Shown here: positions 10,701-17,910 of the stretch, piece by piece
How positions within the stretch are numbered: the stretch's first letter is position 1
Layout: the number at the start of each line of letters is the position of its first letter
NCBI GenBank assembly: GCA_003559575.1
Contig: PWKZ01000147.1
Span: 35,471 to 99,470 of the forward strand
Origin: Bradymonadales bacterium
GTDB taxonomy: Bacteria > Myxococcota_A > UBA9042 > PWKZ01
Reading direction: 5' to 3'
DNA length: 64,000 nt
Position numbers and translations under genes: made by a program
Notes under the pieces: generated by a model
What the model saw: the letters and a program-made list of their open reading frames with translations, nothing else
The model's database searches: none
What the model was told of the DNA's origin: nothing

Positions 10701-10875
10701 CGAGCGGGACGAACAGGACCGGCAGGACGAACGGGACGAGCGGGACGAACAGGACGAGTTGGATGCGATGCGAGAGGAGATGGAGAAGCTCGATCGCAAC
10801 CCACGGAATCTCGAAGCGGAGCGGGCGCGACGCACCTCGCCGCTTGGCAATGCACGCCCGACAAAGCCGTGGTAG
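7783..10875 (+). CDS. batB: BatB-like VWA protein fused to TPR (BatC-like) region, three PPC-like beta-sandwich domains and an acidic (DERDEQ)n repeat tail
   Basis: N-terminal TMs and VWA MIDAS (IAVLLDASQSM, LFTDGEEHED). TPR helices around aa 400-500. Three ~110-aa repeats each starting (Y/F/M)xPND(S/T/E)F and containing CPGxDDWF, as in pre-peptidase C-terminal (PPC) domains. C-terminal DERDEQDEQDERDEQDRQDER... repeats. Confidence 0.75.
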   Translation: MNWSELTWQNGHLWWVVPVGVGVVALGFLLVFLWRQRMLERIADPALRERLVETLSRPRQVLKAVIMTVAVALLLLAALRPQYGVRETEVRNVGIDIAVLLDASQSMLVRDVVPDRFVAARQEISRVLEGLSGGRVALIPFYFIPFVQSPLTSDFDALQVYLRDLRLDDIAEPEMRGTSIGRALMAAVGLLAQDRELLSEAGAGVVPDLDEDHDVSAMDGSRYKAILLFTDGEEHEDLPEEIYTVAESAGIRIFSVGVGTRAGHAVPIVQEDGEVTGVLKGEDGHPIFSALNEELLGGLAERTGGAYFNFSGRSVADELLAEIEKLEKKEFEAQTRDLGEDRYQFLLLPALILLMVEGLMSDRLRRRRATDDKRRQGKRGRRRLGALVMALVLLAGPQAVAWDLFKTRQSDVEAGNALLRSGSPREALEAYERAREVLPEQAELHYAIGVARHELGEYDMAVRALERALERLPDLGVAEETRELRFAVLFALGTTYAAWGERAEARALGRAAPEEEEGPEPRQDARTKAIERFERAVHFLERALRFEPGHEGALLNLELALLRVDPPCHLRNDEYAPNDTFDSAAALEVEDLQEEQMFPLVLCPGEDDWFTFETEPGDRIFASVKTDNRAAELRVALYAPDGVRVRPPAGSERTISELSYQEGALAGPVRLHVFDPTEEESDYRLKLRVLPACERLDDSFEPNDSFEEARLVTDEDRERLAALRLCPGNDDWFKIDVPDEWSLMVIGEFDIKQGLPELAIFDEQQNELMRRSFSSEEAQVDDSAPLMLSLLEPPPGRYRLKVTGTLDVEAAYGLTLQVVPPCPEGDDHMEPNDEFGEAKPFPEGEPMLLRRCPDNDDWFEVMASGDERRVVTALFDHESGDLALELYDSKQQLVGESDQSSAQMGGEALVLPEVPEEDEVPYYVRVTSHVNESNFYLLELRAPDADPDAPDDERDEQDEQDERDEQDRQDERDERDEQDRQDERDERDEQDELDAMREEMEKLDRNPRNLEAERARRTSPLGNARPTKPW
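10636..10758 (+). repeat. Tandem ~36-bp (GACGAGCGGGACGAACAGGACCGGCAGGACGAACGG-like) coding repeat, about 3.5 units
   Basis: Direct tandem repetition visible in the sequence. It encodes the acidic DERDEQDRQDER tail of the BatB-like protein and also generates spurious minus-strand ORFs (10513..10881, 10559..10891). Confidence 0.8.
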
Positions 10876-10917
10876 AAGCACCGGAGGGCAAGAGCGACGG
10901 GGAAGGCTAAGCAGGAG

Positions 10918-12699
10918 TTGATGAGAGGGCGGGTTGCCATAGCAGTCGGAGTCGTTGTGCTGTCGGTCTTCGTGGCCCGGTCGGCGCCGGCACAGGAGGT
11001 CGAGCTGTCGGTCGACCGGCGGGTGCTCTCCATGGACGAGGACCTACAGGTCGAGGTGCGCGCCACGGGCGCCTTCGATGAGCTGGTGCAGCCGGAGACC
11101 CCGGGCTTTGAGGTGGGAGGCACCTCGCGCTCCTCCGAGATCTCGATGGGGCCTTCCGGCACCGTCCAGTCGCATGTCCTCCGTTTGACTCTGGTCCCGA
11201 CCTCCCCCGGCCGCCATCGCCTGGGCCCGGCGAGTGTTCGCAGTGGAGGCCGGGAGGTGGCGCGCTCCGAGCCCGTCTTCGTGACCGTCAAGGACGTACC
11301 GCAGGTGACGGTGTCGCCGGAGCAGGCCGGCGAGCTTGAATCGCGGGCCGGCGAGCGCTATTTCCTGGTGCCGGTGTTTCCTGAGCGCCCGCTCTATGTG
11401 GGTGAACCGTTCGTGCTCAGTTACAAGCTTTATACGCGCGCCGACTCGCCGGTGACGAATGCCTCCTGGCGCGAGGTGCCGGAGCTTGCCGCCTTTTCGG
11501 TTGAGAACCTGCTCCGCTCGCAACGGCGGCGCTCACAGCGGCGCACCATCGGGCGTTATACCTATAACGTCTCCTTGCAGCTCCAGTATCTAGCGGTGCC
11601 GCTCTCGGCCGAGTCGGGCAGGGTGGAGGGAGCGGTTTTGGACGTTGTCGCCGGCGATTTTTTTCAGCGCCGGCGCTACACAGTGCGGGCGCCTTCGTTC
11701 GAACTGGACATAAGGCCGCTGCCGGCCGAGGGTCGACCACCAGAGTTTCAATCAGGCAACATCGGCCGCTTTGAACTCGAGACCGACTTGCACCCGACGA
11801 CGGTCGGCGCCGGGGAACGCGCGGTGTTGACTCTGCGAGTCACCGGCCGGGGCGCGTTGGAGAGCGTGCGGCCGCCCCGATTGCCGGAGGCGCTCGGCGC
11901 CGAGCTTCTGCCCACCGGCGATGGCGATCGGATTGAGAGGAGCGCGGCGGGGGTCGAGGGGACCCGCGTCTTCCGCTATGTTCTCGTGCCGCATGAGCCG
12001 GGCAAGCTCACGATCCCGCCAATCCGTCTGGCTTACTTCGACCCCGAGCGAGCGCGCTATCGCGTGGTGACGAGCGCGCCGATGGATCTCGAGGTCACCG
12101 GGGAGGCACCGCCGACGCGCGCGGCGGCCCTCACGGCCGAAGTCGACGAGGAGTCATTCCTTCTCGGGCTCAGGGACATTCGCGCCGAGAGCGATCTCAC
12201 CTCGCGCCGTCCTCCGGTGCGGCCCCACCGCGCGTGGTGGTTCTGGACGCTTCTGGCAGTCCCGGCGGCGCTCCTCCTGGCGGTGGAATTCGTCGTTTGG
12301 TTGAAGCGATACAAGGCGCGCACGGAGCCCCGGCGCCGGATGCGTCGCGCCGCGGCCGTTTTCCGGCGCGCCCTCAAGGCGGCGCGACGAAAGCTCCGCG
12401 CCGGCGACTCGCGCGCTTTCTTTGAGATCATCGGGACAGCGCTCAGGGAGTTTTGTTACAACCGCTTCGGACTCTCGGTGCGAGGACTGACGCACGGCCA
12501 GCTCCGTCGCCGGTTGGTCGAACTCGGCGCCGATCCGGAGTTCGCCGAGGCGGTGGTGGCGGAGCTCGAGAACACCGACTTCGCGCGCTATGCGCCCGTG
12601 AACATGCGCGATGACGAGATGCGCGGCTCCCTGGAGCGCTCGTGGCGGCTGGTGGCGTCGCTCAACCGGTTGCCGAGGAGGGCCGACGGCGATGAATAG
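10918..12699 (+). CDS. batD: BatD-like protein
   Basis: Signal peptide MMRGRVAIAVGVVVLSVFVARSAPAQ, large periplasmic region, C-terminal TM (WWFWTLLAVPAALLLAVEFVVWL) then basic cytoplasmic tail: the BatD architecture. Lies in the operon position of BatD. Confidence 0.65.
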   Translation: MMRGRVAIAVGVVVLSVFVARSAPAQEVELSVDRRVLSMDEDLQVEVRATGAFDELVQPETPGFEVGGTSRSSEISMGPSGTVQSHVLRLTLVPTSPGRHRLGPASVRSGGREVARSEPVFVTVKDVPQVTVSPEQAGELESRAGERYFLVPVFPERPLYVGEPFVLSYKLYTRADSPVTNASWREVPELAAFSVENLLRSQRRRSQRRTIGRYTYNVSLQLQYLAVPLSAESGRVEGAVLDVVAGDFFQRRRYTVRAPSFELDIRPLPAEGRPPEFQSGNIGRFELETDLHPTTVGAGERAVLTLRVTGRGALESVRPPRLPEALGAELLPTGDGDRIERSAAGVEGTRVFRYVLVPHEPGKLTIPPIRLAYFDPERARYRVVTSAPMDLEVTGEAPPTRAAALTAEVDEESFLLGLRDIRAESDLTSRRPPVRPHRAWWFWTLLAVPAALLLAVEFVVWLKRYKARTEPRRRMRRAAAVFRRALKAARRKLRAGDSRAFFEIIGTALREFCYNRFGLSVRGLTHGQLRRRLVELGADPEFAEAVVAELENTDFARYAPVNMRDDEMRGSLERSWRLVASLNRLPRRADGDE

Positions 12700-13504
12700 C
12701 CCCAAGAGAACTCTGCGCGTGACGTCCGGTGTCCTGTCTCTGCTTCTGCTCGTGCTGAGCGCGCTCCCGGCGGGGGCGGCCACCCTGCAAGAGCAGTTCA
12801 ATCGCGCCAACCAGCACTACTGGGATGGTGAGTACGAGGCCGCGCAGGAGCTCTACCAAGATCTGGCGGAGCGCTATCGGATCGAGAACCCCGAGCTGTA
12901 CCACAACCTCGCCAACAGTTACGCAAAGACCGGACAGCTCGGCGTGGCGGTGCTGTATTACAACCGCGCTCTGGCGGCGTCGCCCGGTCCCGAGACCAGA
13001 GTGGCGGCCACGGCCAACCTGGAGCGCACCCGCGCCGCTCTTGCCGCCGCCCACCAGAAGCACATCAGGCCACAGCGGGCGTTGTTCGCCGAGGGCCACG
13101 GGGTCTTCTACGCGCTCTTTCAGTTGCTCTCCGAGCCCACTCTCGCGGTGATCTTCCTGGCGCTCTTTTTCTCTCTGGTGGCGGTGCTGCTGCTGCGCCA
13201 CCTGCCTGCCTACGGTCTCAAGCGCGCCACCAAGCCGCTCGCCCTGACCTTGCTATTCCTTCTGCTCATCACCGGAGGGTGGCTGGCCGGCAACATCGCC
13301 ACTACCGAGAGCGTGCGGTCGGGGATCGTCCTCGTGGCGGACACCCCGCTCCGGGCCACGCGATTGCCCCACTCACCGCGCGTAACCTTGCCCGAGGGGC
13401 TGGAGGTGGCCATCTCGGGCGAGCCGGACGACGGCTTGTTGCGAGTGCGCCTCGCCGGCGGTCGCGAGGGGTTCGTCCCCGCGGAGAACATCGGTGAGAT
13501 CTAA
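12692..13504 (+). CDS. BatE-like TPR + SH3b-like domain protein
   Basis: ATG at 12692 overlaps the batD stop. Signal peptide and TPR (NPELYHNLANSYAKTGQLGVAVLYYNRALAASPG); central TM segments; C-terminal SH3b-like GLLRVRLAGGREGFVPAENI. Confidence 0.6.
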   Translation: MNSPKRTLRVTSGVLSLLLLVLSALPAGAATLQEQFNRANQHYWDGEYEAAQELYQDLAERYRIENPELYHNLANSYAKTGQLGVAVLYYNRALAASPGPETRVAATANLERTRAALAAAHQKHIRPQRALFAEGHGVFYALFQLLSEPTLAVIFLALFFSLVAVLLLRHLPAYGLKRATKPLALTLLFLLLITGGWLAGNIATTESVRSGIVLVADTPLRATRLPHSPRVTLPEGLEVAISGEPDDGLLRVRLAGGREGFVPAENIGEI

Positions 13505-13560
13505 CTCGTGGGATCCGCGGGCATTGAAGGTCGAGACGCGGAGCGCCGGAACAAGGTCCG

Positions 13561-14469
13561 CTAGGGGGTGAGTGGGACGGAGTCCAGCGTGGGGTGGCGA
13601 AACGAGTAACCAAAGTCGGTGGCGCGTTGAGGCACGACCCGGCGGCTCGCCAAAAGCTCGCCGGCGAAGCCCCCAAGCGCCAGCCGCAATGCCGGCGCGG
13701 GGGTTGGGAGAACAGAAGGGCGCCCTAGCGCCCGCCCTAGCCTGCGGGCAAACTCGCCCTGGCGCACGGAGTTCGGGGCGACCACGTTCATGGGGCCGCT
13801 TAGCTCCGGCGCCTCGAGCGCCAGCGCAATCATGCCCACCACGTCGTCGCGATGGATCCAGGACCACCACTGCCGCCCGCCTCCCAACGGTCCTCCCAGC
13901 CCATAACGGAACAAGGGGAGCATGGCCGCCAACGCGCCGCCTTTGGGGTGCAGGACAATCCCCGTGCGCAAAAGGGTCACGCGGACTCCAAGCGCCTCCA
14001 TCGAGGTGGCGGCGGCCTCCCACTCGCGACAGACCTCCGCAAGGAAAGAGTCGTCGGGGGGCGAAGTTTCGTCGAGCAGCTCGTCACCGCGCGATCCGTA
14101 GTAGCCGGTGGCGCTACCGGAGACGAGCACGCTCGGCCTCTCGCTCGCCGGGAGCTCGGCCACAGCCGTCACCAAGCTCTTGGTCCCGACTATCCGACTC
14201 TCCTTGATGCCGCGCCGTTTGGCCGAAGTCCAGCGCCCACGGACGGTCTCTCCGGCCAGGTTGACTATCCCCTCGCACCCGAGCAACGCTTGGCGAGGCG
14301 GCGGTGCGGCGCAGTCGCGCCACGAGTATACGTCGTCGACCCCCGGGAGCTGAGCGCGGGTCTTGCCCGCGTCGCGGCTCAATACGACCACCGAGTGCCC
14401 TCCGGCACACAGTTGCTCCACCAGCGCTCGACCGATGAAACCACTACCGCCCGTCACCATCACACGCAT
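13561..14469 (-). CDS. NAD-dependent epimerase/dehydratase family protein (TIGR01777/YfcH-like, DUF1731 C-terminus)
   Basis: N-terminal Rossmann MRVMVTGGSGFIGRALVEQL. C-terminal region (RRLGRALGRPSVLPTPAPALRLALGGFAGELLASRRVVPQRATDFGYSFRHP) matches the DUF1731 pattern of YfcH-type SDRs. Confidence 0.75.
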   Translation of the reverse strand: MRVMVTGGSGFIGRALVEQLCAGGHSVVVLSRDAGKTRAQLPGVDDVYSWRDCAAPPPRQALLGCEGIVNLAGETVRGRWTSAKRRGIKESRIVGTKSLVTAVAELPASERPSVLVSGSATGYYGSRGDELLDETSPPDDSFLAEVCREWEAAATSMEALGVRVTLLRTGIVLHPKGGALAAMLPLFRYGLGGPLGGGRQWWSWIHRDDVVGMIALALEAPELSGPMNVVAPNSVRQGEFARRLGRALGRPSVLPTPAPALRLALGGFAGELLASRRVVPQRATDFGYSFRHPTLDSVPLTP

Positions 14470-14569
14470 GCGTTACCTCCCGAGAAGAGCGGCCGCGTTC
14501 GGCACCCTGTCGACTGTCGCCGAGCGTGACCATACAGAGCATCTTGACCACCACGCTAGCACTTTTCCC

Positions 14570-15976
14570 CTAGAGTTTCAGGAAACGACCCATCTTCATC
14601 CCGAGCTTCATCATCCCGCGGCGTGTCAGGAGGTGCCGCGCGACATAGCCCAGGCGGCGAGGGTGGCCGTAAAATGCCGCCAGCGCTCCGAGCTGAATCG
14701 CGCGCAGTGTGCCCGCTCCGATGAGACTCGCTCGATCACTGAAGTTGCGCGCGTTGTAATAGTCGATGCCGGTGTTGGCGTCGTTGCAGAGGGCGAAGCG
14801 GTTGTCGGCGCTCATTTGAGTGGCGATGTGTGTTCCGGGGAGGACGGACGTCAGGGAGAACGTCGCCTCCGTCAGATCCAGCCGCGTGGCGAGCTTGACG
14901 GTCGCCAACATCTCTCTGAGATCCTCGGTCGGTGAGCCGAGCATGAAAAACCCCAGCGCATGGGCGCCGCGATGTCGCAGGTGCGCGAGCAGCGACTCGA
15001 GCCGGTCCAGATCGACTCGTTTGTGGAGCACTTCCTCCCGAATTCGACGGCTCCCGGCCTCGATCCCCAGATGGATGCTTCGCATTCCGCTCGCGACCAT
15101 TGCGTCGACGAGCTCATGGTCGAGGCAATCGACACGCGAGTTGCAGCCCCATAGAATCGGCCGCCGCATTTGCAGCAGCGCTTCGCATAGCTCCAAGAGC
15201 CAGCGCCGCCGCGTCGTCAGGGTGTCGTCGTGAAAGAAAATCCCGCGGACACCGTAGCGCTGTTGGAGAGCTTCCACCTCGGCGACGATGCTCGCGGGGC
15301 TGCGGCGTCTTGGGCCGCGCCCGAAGAGCGAGTCCAGTGTCGGTTGGCAGTAGGCACATTGTTCGGCGCAGCCACGGGACGCGACTATATTGGTCCCCAC
15401 GGTGGCGACGTCCAGGGTGTCCAAATAAGGCCAGCGGTGGAGGTAGCGCTCCATTGGGAGGAGATCCCAGGCGGGGAATGGGAGCGCGTCGAGGTCCGGC
15501 GGCCGGTACGGCGCGCACGATCTCTTCGGGGGGCCGCCGGCGCTCTCGCGCCACACGACGTTCGGCACGTCCCCAAAGGGCGCGCGCGCGATGGCGCGGT
15601 CGACCACGTCGGCGATGATGGGCTCGCCCTCCCCAAGGACTATGGCGTCGAAGGCGGGCAGCAGTGTTTCGGCGGCCACCGTGGCGTGGGGGCCTCCGGC
15701 CACCACCGAGGCGCCGCCCTCGCGCGCCGCTTCCGCCACCCGTGACGCGACTAACGGCATCAGCGAGTCCACATAGACTCCGACGACATCGCCGCGGGCG
15801 GCCCGTACGGCTTGAAGCAGCTTCTTTTCACCGCCGAGGAAGGTGCCGTCCACGATCCGGATGTCGAGCGCGGGCCGCGCCTTGCGCAGCGCCGCGGCGA
15901 GGTAGGCGACGCCGAGCGGCGGATCGCCGGTGCGATAGGTTGAGCGGGGGAAAACCAATACGACTCGATGGGCCAT
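14570..15976 (-). CDS. B12-binding domain radical SAM enzyme (class B rSAM)
   Basis: Start MAHRVVLVFP (ATG on minus strand at 15974-15976). The ORF track's 724-aa call includes about 256 codons of non-coding-looking leader. Cobalamin-binding-type N-terminal domain, then CxxxCxxC cluster motif ASRGCAEQCAYC and a TIM-barrel-like core. Confidence 0.8.
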   Translation of the reverse strand: MAHRVVLVFPRSTYRTGDPPLGVAYLAAALRKARPALDIRIVDGTFLGGEKKLLQAVRAARGDVVGVYVDSLMPLVASRVAEAAREGGASVVAGGPHATVAAETLLPAFDAIVLGEGEPIIADVVDRAIARAPFGDVPNVVWRESAGGPPKRSCAPYRPPDLDALPFPAWDLLPMERYLHRWPYLDTLDVATVGTNIVASRGCAEQCAYCQPTLDSLFGRGPRRRSPASIVAEVEALQQRYGVRGIFFHDDTLTTRRRWLLELCEALLQMRRPILWGCNSRVDCLDHELVDAMVASGMRSIHLGIEAGSRRIREEVLHKRVDLDRLESLLAHLRHRGAHALGFFMLGSPTEDLREMLATVKLATRLDLTEATFSLTSVLPGTHIATQMSADNRFALCNDANTGIDYYNARNFSDRASLIGAGTLRAIQLGALAAFYGHPRRLGYVARHLLTRRGMMKLGMKMGRFLKL

Positions 15977-16086
15977 TGAGCCTCTCTGGACGGCGGCCTT
16001 AAGGGGGTACCGCGACCCCGACGTGCGCGCCTGAGCGCGAAGGTAGCAAACGGGCCAAGTGCGCACAATGCCTTGATCATATAATC

Positions 16087-16237
16087 CATAATCGTCGGTT
16101 CGTTCTGAGGAGACCCGCCAAGTGGAGGCGCGTGCATGTGCACGGAAACAAGCCGTTCTCAGGCGCAGTCCAACGCAGAGCCTACGTCGAGCACTAATTA
16201 TTCTGCAGGTGACGCCGCAGATGGGCCGACGATTATG
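16087..16237. repeat. Copy 1 of a ~150-175 nt repeated intergenic element with perfect 12-bp terminal inverted repeats (CATAATCGTCGG...CCGACGATTATG); candidate structured sRNA or MITE
   Basis: Second copy at 61178..61352 in the same orientation. Shared blocks: TTCGTTCTGAGGA, GTGGAGGCGCGTGCATGTGCA(C/A)GGAAACAAG, CTACGTCGAGCACTAATT, GCAGGTGACGCCGCAGATG. The central block is variable. Contains the hairpin CGTGC-ATGT-GCACG. Lies in the divergent promoter region of the two radical SAM genes. Confidence 0.6.
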
Positions 16238-16373
16238 ACCTTGAGCCGCTGGGCGGGGGGGTGGTAGGGTGAAAACGGGTGGTTGCCCCTGGTGTGGTGC
16301 GTTTCGGGCTCGAGCCGCTCTCGTGCCGGGGGAGCGCTTTTTTGCGAGCTTTCCCGGTGGTGGAAGCGCCGTT

Positions 16374-17861
16374 ATGGCTCCAGTCAAAGGCTCCGGTCTT
16401 CGAGTCCTCTTTGTCAACGGACTGCTGGGCGGTGATTTTAGTGCGCTGGACATCGGCGTCACCGTGCTCGCCTCATGGCTGAACCAGAAAACCCGCCATC
16501 GGGCGGCCATCGCCGATCTCGTCTTCCATTCCAGGCATTGGCAGCGGCATCTGCATCGCGAGATTGAACGCAAGCGACCCGACGTGATCGCGCTCTCGTG
16601 CAACACGATGTACATGAAGTACGTCCGGCGTATCGTCGCCGAGGTGCGGCGACGGCATACGCTCCCGATCGTTTTGGGGGGGCACCACGCGAGCATCGAG
16701 CCGGCCGAGGTTTTTGCGCTCCCCGGTGTCGACGCGGTCGTCATCGGCGACGGAGAGCTGCCGCTCCAAGGCTACCTGGATCGGTTGAGTGAAGGCGGCA
16801 ACTTCGAGGGCGTCCCCGGGCTGTGGGTCCGTGAGCGCGGCCCCCTTGGGCGCGAGGTGCGCAATGAAGGCGGCGCCTTCCTCGAGGACATCGATCAGCT
16901 CCCCTATCTCGAGTGGGATCTCTGGGACGACCTCGATCGCTATTTTTATTTTTTGGGGATGATTTACGCGCAGGGCAGCCGCGGGTGCCCCTACCGCTGC
17001 ACGTTCTGCGACGCTCAGGGCTACGCGCGGGCGCTGCGGGGCACCGGCAGCTACTTCCGTCTGCGCGATCCCGAGGCGTTCGTCGCCGAACTCGAGCATT
17101 ACTATCACCGCTATCACCATAGGGGCGCCCGGCTGTTCCAGCTCTTCGATCCCGTCTTCACGATGGACGACGACTGGCTCACTCGTTTCTCCGCCGAGTA
17201 CCGCCGGCGCGGGCTCCATGAGCGGATGCGCTACTCGGCCTTCTCGCGGATCGACCATCTCTCCGAGGAGAAAGTCGCGCTGCTTGCCCGCTCCGGTTGC
17301 GCGCTATTGCGGGTCGGTATCGAGGCGGGCGACGATCACATTCGCATGGAGGTCTACAAAAAGAAGATCGGCAGCGCGACGATTCGGCGGATCTTTGCCG
17401 CTGCCAAACGTCAGGGGCTGGACTTCACAGCGTTTTTTATTTTCGGAGGGCCACAGGAGACGCACACGTCATTCTTCAAGACCACGCGGCTGGCGTGGGA
17501 GCTGGACGCCGCGCGCTCGGGGTTCTTCGTCTACAAGCCGTTCACCGCCGAAGGGCGCGCCCAGATCGAGGCCGCCGGCGGCGGTATCGACTCGGTGCGC
17601 TACGCGGCCGCCGACAATATCGCCTGGGGTGGCGCGACCTCTGGGAAAGGCTGGGGGCCCCGGTCTCTCGAAGCCTGGCAGCTCGCGGCCTACGGGCTGA
17701 CTTTTGGGCGCCGGTGGGTGCGCATGATTCGCCGCCGTGGGCTGCCCGCGTACACGACGGCGCTGGCGCGTTACATGGCGCGCGGCCTCCGGCTGGGCTT
17801 GGACTGGCGCTATATGGCCATGTACTTCCACATCTACGAGGGCGACAACGTCGATCAGTGA
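16374..17861 (+). CDS. B12-binding domain radical SAM enzyme (class B rSAM), paralogue of 14570..15976
   Basis: ATG at 16374 with GGTGGAAG upstream; MAPVKGSGLRVLFVNG begins the B12-binding domain; CxxxCxxC motif GSRGCPYRCTFCD. The ORF track's N-terminal extension from 16269 is probably not translated. Confidence 0.8.
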   Translation: MAPVKGSGLRVLFVNGLLGGDFSALDIGVTVLASWLNQKTRHRAAIADLVFHSRHWQRHLHREIERKRPDVIALSCNTMYMKYVRRIVAEVRRRHTLPIVLGGHHASIEPAEVFALPGVDAVVIGDGELPLQGYLDRLSEGGNFEGVPGLWVRERGPLGREVRNEGGAFLEDIDQLPYLEWDLWDDLDRYFYFLGMIYAQGSRGCPYRCTFCDAQGYARALRGTGSYFRLRDPEAFVAELEHYYHRYHHRGARLFQLFDPVFTMDDDWLTRFSAEYRRRGLHERMRYSAFSRIDHLSEEKVALLARSGCALLRVGIEAGDDHIRMEVYKKKIGSATIRRIFAAAKRQGLDFTAFFIFGGPQETHTSFFKTTRLAWELDAARSGFFVYKPFTAEGRAQIEAAGGGIDSVRYAAADNIAWGGATSGKGWGPRSLEAWQLAAYGLTFGRRWVRMIRRRGLPAYTTALARYMARGLRLGLDWRYMAMYFHIYEGDNVDQ

Positions 17862-17910
17862 ACCCCTGCGCCCCCCACCCCCCCACCTGCACCGGCATTC
17901 GGCTGCTCAT

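Noticed and set aside
14570-16744. Full 724-aa extent of the minus-strand radical SAM ORF; also 16269 start of the plus-strand one
   Set aside because: The first ~256 codons (15977..16744) translate to Arg/Cys/Ser-rich sequence without domain features. The true start is MAHRVVLVFP at 15976, and 15977..16373 is intergenic, containing the TIR element. Similarly the plus-strand gene most likely starts at 16374 (RBS present), not 16269.
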